DNA of 8,132 nt from Paraspadella gotoi (lineage: Eukaryota; Animalia; Chaetognatha), in the NCBI GenBank assembly GCA_051294375.1, contig CM119269.1, positions 4,262,073 through 4,270,204 of the forward strand, in the 5' to 3' direction. Of this stretch, positions 7,773 through 8,132 are shown in pieces; positions within the stretch are counted from its first letter, which is position 1, and each line of letters starts with the position of its first letter. The position numbers were made by a program, and so were the translations under genes. The notes under the pieces were generated by a model. It made no database searches and was not told where the DNA came from. It was given only the letters and a program-made list of their open reading frames with translations.

Positions 7773-7884
7773 GATTGGTCGATTCTCGTTCGCTGATTGG
7801 TCGAATTGAGCGATAAAGCGATTGCTTCCAGTCCCCATTGGCCCATTTCGCGGTTTTTCCCTTCCTCGCCATGTCGTCCAATCA
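7773..7884. promoter_or_regulatory. Candidate NF-Y (CCAAT-box) promoter module
   Basis: ATTGG at 7774-7778, 7796-7800 and 7837-7841, CCAATCA at 7878-7884, and an E2F-like TTTCGCGG at 7846-7853. Confidence 0.45.
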
Positions 7885-8095
7885 AACGGATTGAAGTCTC
7901 CACAGTTAAAAGTCGAAGTAGATATTTCTCCGACTATTAGGCTCGAGATGGTTTCATATCATCTCTTCTTCATTTCATTCTGATATCCTTTTTGTCCTTT
8001 TTTTTTCACTTCAGTTTAGTTTAGTTATTCGTCGATAAACTTTGTCAATCGGTCGTGTGTATTTATTTTTATTTGTTTCGTTTCGTTTATTTCAT

Positions 8096-8099
<4 letters not shown>

Positions 8100-8132
<33 letters not shown>
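8100..8132. repeat. (AG)n microsatellite at the window end, probably truncated
   Basis: Perfect AG run to the last base. Confidence 0.95.

Overview
Eukaryotic, non-coding, microsatellite-rich draft scaffold. The window starts and ends in (GA)n and has seven N gaps totalling 2,600 nt (about 32%); four of them abut (GA)/(CT) or poly-A tracts. No credible protein-coding ORF, RNA gene or CRISPR array is visible. The supplied ORFs are read-throughs of N gaps or translations of simple repeats. The DNA is AT-rich yet visibly CpG-rich, which suggests (by inference) a largely unmethylated invertebrate genome, perhaps an arthropod, and an intronic or intergenic position. The clearest structure is a 52-bp TG...CA element (422-473) with perfect 16-bp terminal inverted repeats, flanked exactly by a 6-bp TCAACT direct repeat, which looks like a very small MITE-like insertion. 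Other candidates are a Hox/Pbx plus Meis enhancer-like motif cluster (about 1560-1940), a 25-bp GC-box tandem duplication followed by homeodomain/forkhead motifs (5074-5408), a four-CCAAT-box promoter-like module (7773-7884) and a possible 36-nt micro-exon (2571-2606). All regulatory calls are motif-level hypotheses.
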